This document shows positions 60,463-64,000 of a stretch of DNA of 64,000 nucleotides, piece after piece. A program made the position numbers and the translations under genes. The DNA comes from Nitrososphaeraceae archaeon (lineage in GTDB: Archaea > Thermoproteota > Nitrososphaeria > Nitrososphaerales > Nitrososphaeraceae): contig DATBMS010000031.1 in assembly GCA_036554685.1 (NCBI GenBank), positions 949 through 64,948 of the forward strand, read 5' to 3'. Under the pieces are notes generated by a model. It was not told where the DNA came from. It made no database searches and worked only from the letters and a program-made list of their open reading frames with translations. Within the stretch, counting starts at the first letter, position 1. Each line of letters opens with the position of its first letter.

Positions 60463-63162
60463 TTGACAAATTGCATATATGGAACTGAAACATTCGAACG
60501 ACGTAAAGAATTTTATAAAGTAATAAACTCAGATGTAGTTTGTAATGTTGACGTATGCGTTATCGGTTCGGGTGCAGCTGGTGCGATACTGGGAGCTAAA
60601 CTTGCACAGGCGGGAAAATCGGTTGTCATATTAGAAAGGGGCCCATATTACGATGGCGAATCTATGAACCAGAGGGAAGCCGACATGATACCAATTTTAT
60701 GGAAAAATGCTGGTGCAAACTTTACGTCAAATTTACGAATTGCCATCGCTCAGGGGTCGTGTCTAGGTGGCTCCACTGTGATAAATGATGCGGTCTGTTT
60801 TAGAATCCCCGACATTGTTATTGACCAGTGGCAGAAAATGGGCGTTTCGATTTCAAAGTCTGAATGGGATAGTGCTAACGACGAAGTTTCAAAGCGAATT
60901 AATGTAACACTAGTAACAGAAGAAGAGCTGAATACTAATGCAAAAAAATTGAGAGAAGCCTGCCAAAAATATCTCCACGAAGGAAATCACATAGCTCATT
61001 CTAATAATCATAGAAACTGTGGATCTTCACTATCGGATCCTTCCCTTAAATCGTGTGTAAAGTGTGGTTTTTGTCACATGGGATGCCATTATGATACCAA
61101 ACAAAGTATGTTAGTAACTTATATTCATGACGCATTAAATGACGATAAGTTAAATTATAATGCGTATTGCAATTGTCGAGCTGATTCAATAACGTATAAT
61201 AATGGAATTGCCACCGGAGTTAATGGAACATTCATCGATTCAAACGGTTCGGAATCATACAGAATTCGTGTCAATGCAAATGTTGTTATAGTATCGGCGG
61301 GCGCTATAGCATCTTCAAATCTCTTGCAAAAGTCTCAAATTGGTGGGCAAAATACTGGAAAGGGACTTGCGCTACATCCTGCACCTTTTGTTATGGGATT
61401 ATTTGAAGACGAAATTTATGGTAACAGAGGGATCCCCATGTCTTACACGTGTCACGAATTTGGCATAACAAATGGAATAGAAAAAGGAGGATTTTTAATA
61501 GAGAGCATATTTTTGCCAATTTTTCAGATGGCGCTTGCCATACCAACTCTTGGGTTTGATCATAAAAGAATGATGGAAAACTATAATAGATACACAATGG
61601 CCGGAATATTGTCGCGGGATGATTCTGTAGGAAAAGTCTCGATCTCGTATAATGGTAACCCAAAAGTAATTTATAGTTTGTCAGATCAGACTATAGAAGA
61701 TATGGCCAGGGGTATGGGGATCTTGGCTAGGATGTGGTTTAGTATTGGTGCAAAATCCGTGATTACGTCTCACAGAGATGTCCCAGAGATAGCAACTAAA
61801 GCTGACGTACCCAAATTAAAAGACGCAGTAAGAGAGAATCCGAACAACCTTATGCTCGGCTCGGCACACCCGCAAGGAGGCAATAGGATGGGTAACAACG
61901 AAAGAGAGTGCGTGGTAGATTCCGATTGTAAGGTGTTTGGATTTGATAACCTCTACGTTTGTGATGCAAGTGTTTTCCCTACGGCACTGGGAGTTAATCC
62001 GCAATTGACTGTAATGGCACTTGCAGCAATAACCGCTGACAAGATTATCAAAAAGTGGAAAGATAGAAATATCGAGCTGATCTATGGTAACACCTGTCAT
62101 CTAACACAACCAAGATATTGCAAAACAGAACAAATATCAGAGCATTTTGCCGTAGTAGAACATAACGACAAGCTTTTTAGCTCTCTTTCCAATTCTGACG
62201 AGGACAAAATTGTTGTTGGTAAGAACTGGAAATTTGATCCAATAACGCTTAAAATTTATAACAATTTGTACTGGAAAGGATTCTACGGTAGGGATAGTGA
62301 TCTAATGACGATTGCCCTACAATACTTTGGAGGATTTTATAAAAGATTTGGCCGCCTTAATAATGGCAAGATGGAGGGAACTACGCATCCTTTTGAAACT
62401 CCAATTGTAAATGCCAAAAATATTGCTTCTGAAAAAAACGTTCCTGGATACGGCAAAGTAATCCATCTCGAGTACACCGAATTTCCTTATTCTACGGCAT
62501 ATGACCTGTTAAAGATGGTAGACGAAAATACCATTCTTGGAAAAGCATTTTTGGGTCCTTTTCCCAAGGGAAGAGAACTATTTAGCTTTAGTATGTCTAG
62601 AATATATGATGTAAATTTCCTCACAGAATCGGATTTGATGACATTGTTTCACAATGGTGAATTCAGCCATAAACCAAATGAAAAAGAGCTAGTGGGGACT
62701 TGGGAAGGCATGCTGGTTTCTGATTCGTCGCTATCCCCGCGATCACAGCAATTTTATTTTAATTATGAAGATGGCGAAGTTGATATGAGATATTCTTTCG
62801 CTAATTTGTTGACTGGAAGATCGGATGTTACTACCGAAGGAAGTGTGCTGCGTCTGGATGATCCCACTCCTTTTCATGATGAAATTAGAATCGTGAGTCC
62901 AAATTTCGCTGTAGGTGTATGGATGAGCGAATGGTCTTCTAAAGATAGTTTACAACCAATTATAGACGACTTGCGCAGATATTTCCCAATTGGAATATCC
63001 AACAATGATATTTTAGAAAATAAGCTTTCATTTTTAGAGCGACTTCGGTTGCGAGGAATTCCATTACCCAAAGAACTAGGTTTAAGTTTCCTTCATGTTG
63101 AGGAGAATCAGAAACATGAAACAAGGGTGGGTTTATTGTATGCTCTAAAAAAGGTATCATGA
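60463..63162 (+). CDS. GMC-family FAD oxidoreductase fused to a ~350-aa C-terminal extension
   Basis: IGSGAAG, LERG, LGGSTVIN, C..CG.C.MGC, SAHPQG, DASVFPT.LGVNPQLT; likely TTG start 60463 after GGAG. Confidence 0.9.
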   Translation: MTNCIYGTETFERRKEFYKVINSDVVCNVDVCVIGSGAAGAILGAKLAQAGKSVVILERGPYYDGESMNQREADMIPILWKNAGANFTSNLRIAIAQGSCLGGSTVINDAVCFRIPDIVIDQWQKMGVSISKSEWDSANDEVSKRINVTLVTEEELNTNAKKLREACQKYLHEGNHIAHSNNHRNCGSSLSDPSLKSCVKCGFCHMGCHYDTKQSMLVTYIHDALNDDKLNYNAYCNCRADSITYNNGIATGVNGTFIDSNGSESYRIRVNANVVIVSAGAIASSNLLQKSQIGGQNTGKGLALHPAPFVMGLFEDEIYGNRGIPMSYTCHEFGITNGIEKGGFLIESIFLPIFQMALAIPTLGFDHKRMMENYNRYTMAGILSRDDSVGKVSISYNGNPKVIYSLSDQTIEDMARGMGILARMWFSIGAKSVITSHRDVPEIATKADVPKLKDAVRENPNNLMLGSAHPQGGNRMGNNERECVVDSDCKVFGFDNLYVCDASVFPTALGVNPQLTVMALAAITADKIIKKWKDRNIELIYGNTCHLTQPRYCKTEQISEHFAVVEHNDKLFSSLSNSDEDKIVVGKNWKFDPITLKIYNNLYWKGFYGRDSDLMTIALQYFGGFYKRFGRLNNGKMEGTTHPFETPIVNAKNIASEKNVPGYGKVIHLEYTEFPYSTAYDLLKMVDENTILGKAFLGPFPKGRELFSFSMSRIYDVNFLTESDLMTLFHNGEFSHKPNEKELVGTWEGMLVSDSSLSPRSQQFYFNYEDGEVDMRYSFANLLTGRSDVTTEGSVLRLDDPTPFHDEIRIVSPNFAVGVWMSEWSSKDSLQPIIDDLRRYFPIGISNNDILENKLSFLERLRLRGIPLPKELGLSFLHVEENQKHETRVGLLYALKKVS

Positions 63163-63200
63163 GTGCTTTCATAGACTCAATGCTTGTAGCAAGTAGCAAT

Positions 63201-63218
63201 ATTTTTCGGCGCCGAAAA
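63201..63218. repeat. GC-core palindrome, copy 2
   Basis: ATTTTTCGGCGCCGAAAA, identical to 57537-57554. Confidence 0.85.
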
Positions 63219-63798
63219 GTTTCGTACTTTAAATTAATCAATAAACTAAAAATAAAAAAAAGCGCGAAAGTGTAAGGCCTCAGCTATGGAACATTTCAAT
63301 ATTTCGTAGATTTTATTTGACATATAGTTTGATCATTATTTTTTTCGCATATTCAAATTACATCTATTTGTATGATATTGTATAAGCATTACAAGTTTTG
63401 CGGATATGGATCATACTTAGATAATGCTACGTCCAATTCATGTCCAGCTACATTAAATCCTTAGACAATGGGAGATACAAACCATGACATTTCCGCGGAT
63501 AAGAGATTCATGAAAGAAGAATATCCATAAAGTTATCCAGTTGTTCCTTTGGAGGGATTTGGATTTTTGTGCAACGCGATGAGAATAAAGTAAAATATTT
63601 CTATATGGCTCTTGACCCTATTTGATTTGTAAAGTCGGCAATTTGTTATAAAAAAGCCTAAATACATACTATTGATTACATTTGTAATGTGCCTATTTGG
63701 CTATATTGCTTCAATATTGACCGGGAGATTAAAACCAATTGAATCTTAAGATATTAAACGAGCTTAAACCAAATGTATTACAATACCTTCCTTATGGG

Positions 63799-64000
63799 GT
63801 GACAACGCTTGAAATCAAGATTGATGGAGACATTGATGAACTATTAGGCTATATATGTCCTATTAAGATAGCAGATAGACAAAAGAAACTCTTTGTTGGA
63901 TTTGCGGACGAAAGTGAAGACCTTTTGGTACTTTGGGGTGGGGGAAGTGAAGAAGGACTTAAGCTTACAAATACGAATGTCAGTGGGAGAATGTATTTTC
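63799..64000 (+). CDS. 5' part of hypothetical protein, runs off the window
   Basis: Open frame from GTG 63799: VTTLEIKIDGDIDELLGYICPIKIADRQKKLFVGFADESEDLLVLWGGG... Confidence 0.5.
   Translation, partial: MTTLEIKIDGDIDELLGYICPIKIADRQKKLFVGFADESEDLLVLWGGGSEEGLKLTNTNVSGRMYF

Overview
AT-rich archaeal DNA that looks like an ammonia-oxidising Nitrososphaerales (Thaumarchaeota) chromosome. Evidence: unsplit RNA polymerase A and B subunits in an rpoH-rpoB-rpoA-rpl30e-nusA-rps12-rps7 cluster, plus 3-hydroxypropionate/4-hydroxybutyrate cycle genes (methylmalonyl-CoA mutase/epimerase/MeaB, acetyl/propionyl-CoA carboxylase). Positions ~0.7-44 kb are mostly core genome (ilvBN-leuAB, rpiA, thrC, nadE, proS, larC/larE, rfcL). 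This core is interrupted at 17.5-25.2 kb by a surface-glycan cluster: flippase, HPrK-like kinase, secreted repeat protein, hyaluronan-synthase-like GT2, ATP-grasp ligase and PHP hydrolase. Positions ~46-64 kb form a low-coding-density accessory region. It holds a frameshifted HTH gene preceded by a 10-bp-phased repeat array, a PvdP-like tyrosinase, a NucA-type endonuclease, a gingipain/caspase-like C25 protease with a small partner, an HExxxH metalloprotease, a subtilase, and a transthyretin-like plus GMC-oxidoreductase pair. The last three genes are bracketed by an identical 18-bp palindromic repeat. A hypothetical gene directly behind rps7 carries a degenerate set of trans-prenyltransferase motifs. 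I saw no tRNA, rRNA, CRISPR array, integrase or transposase. All family calls come from reading motifs by eye, not from database searches.
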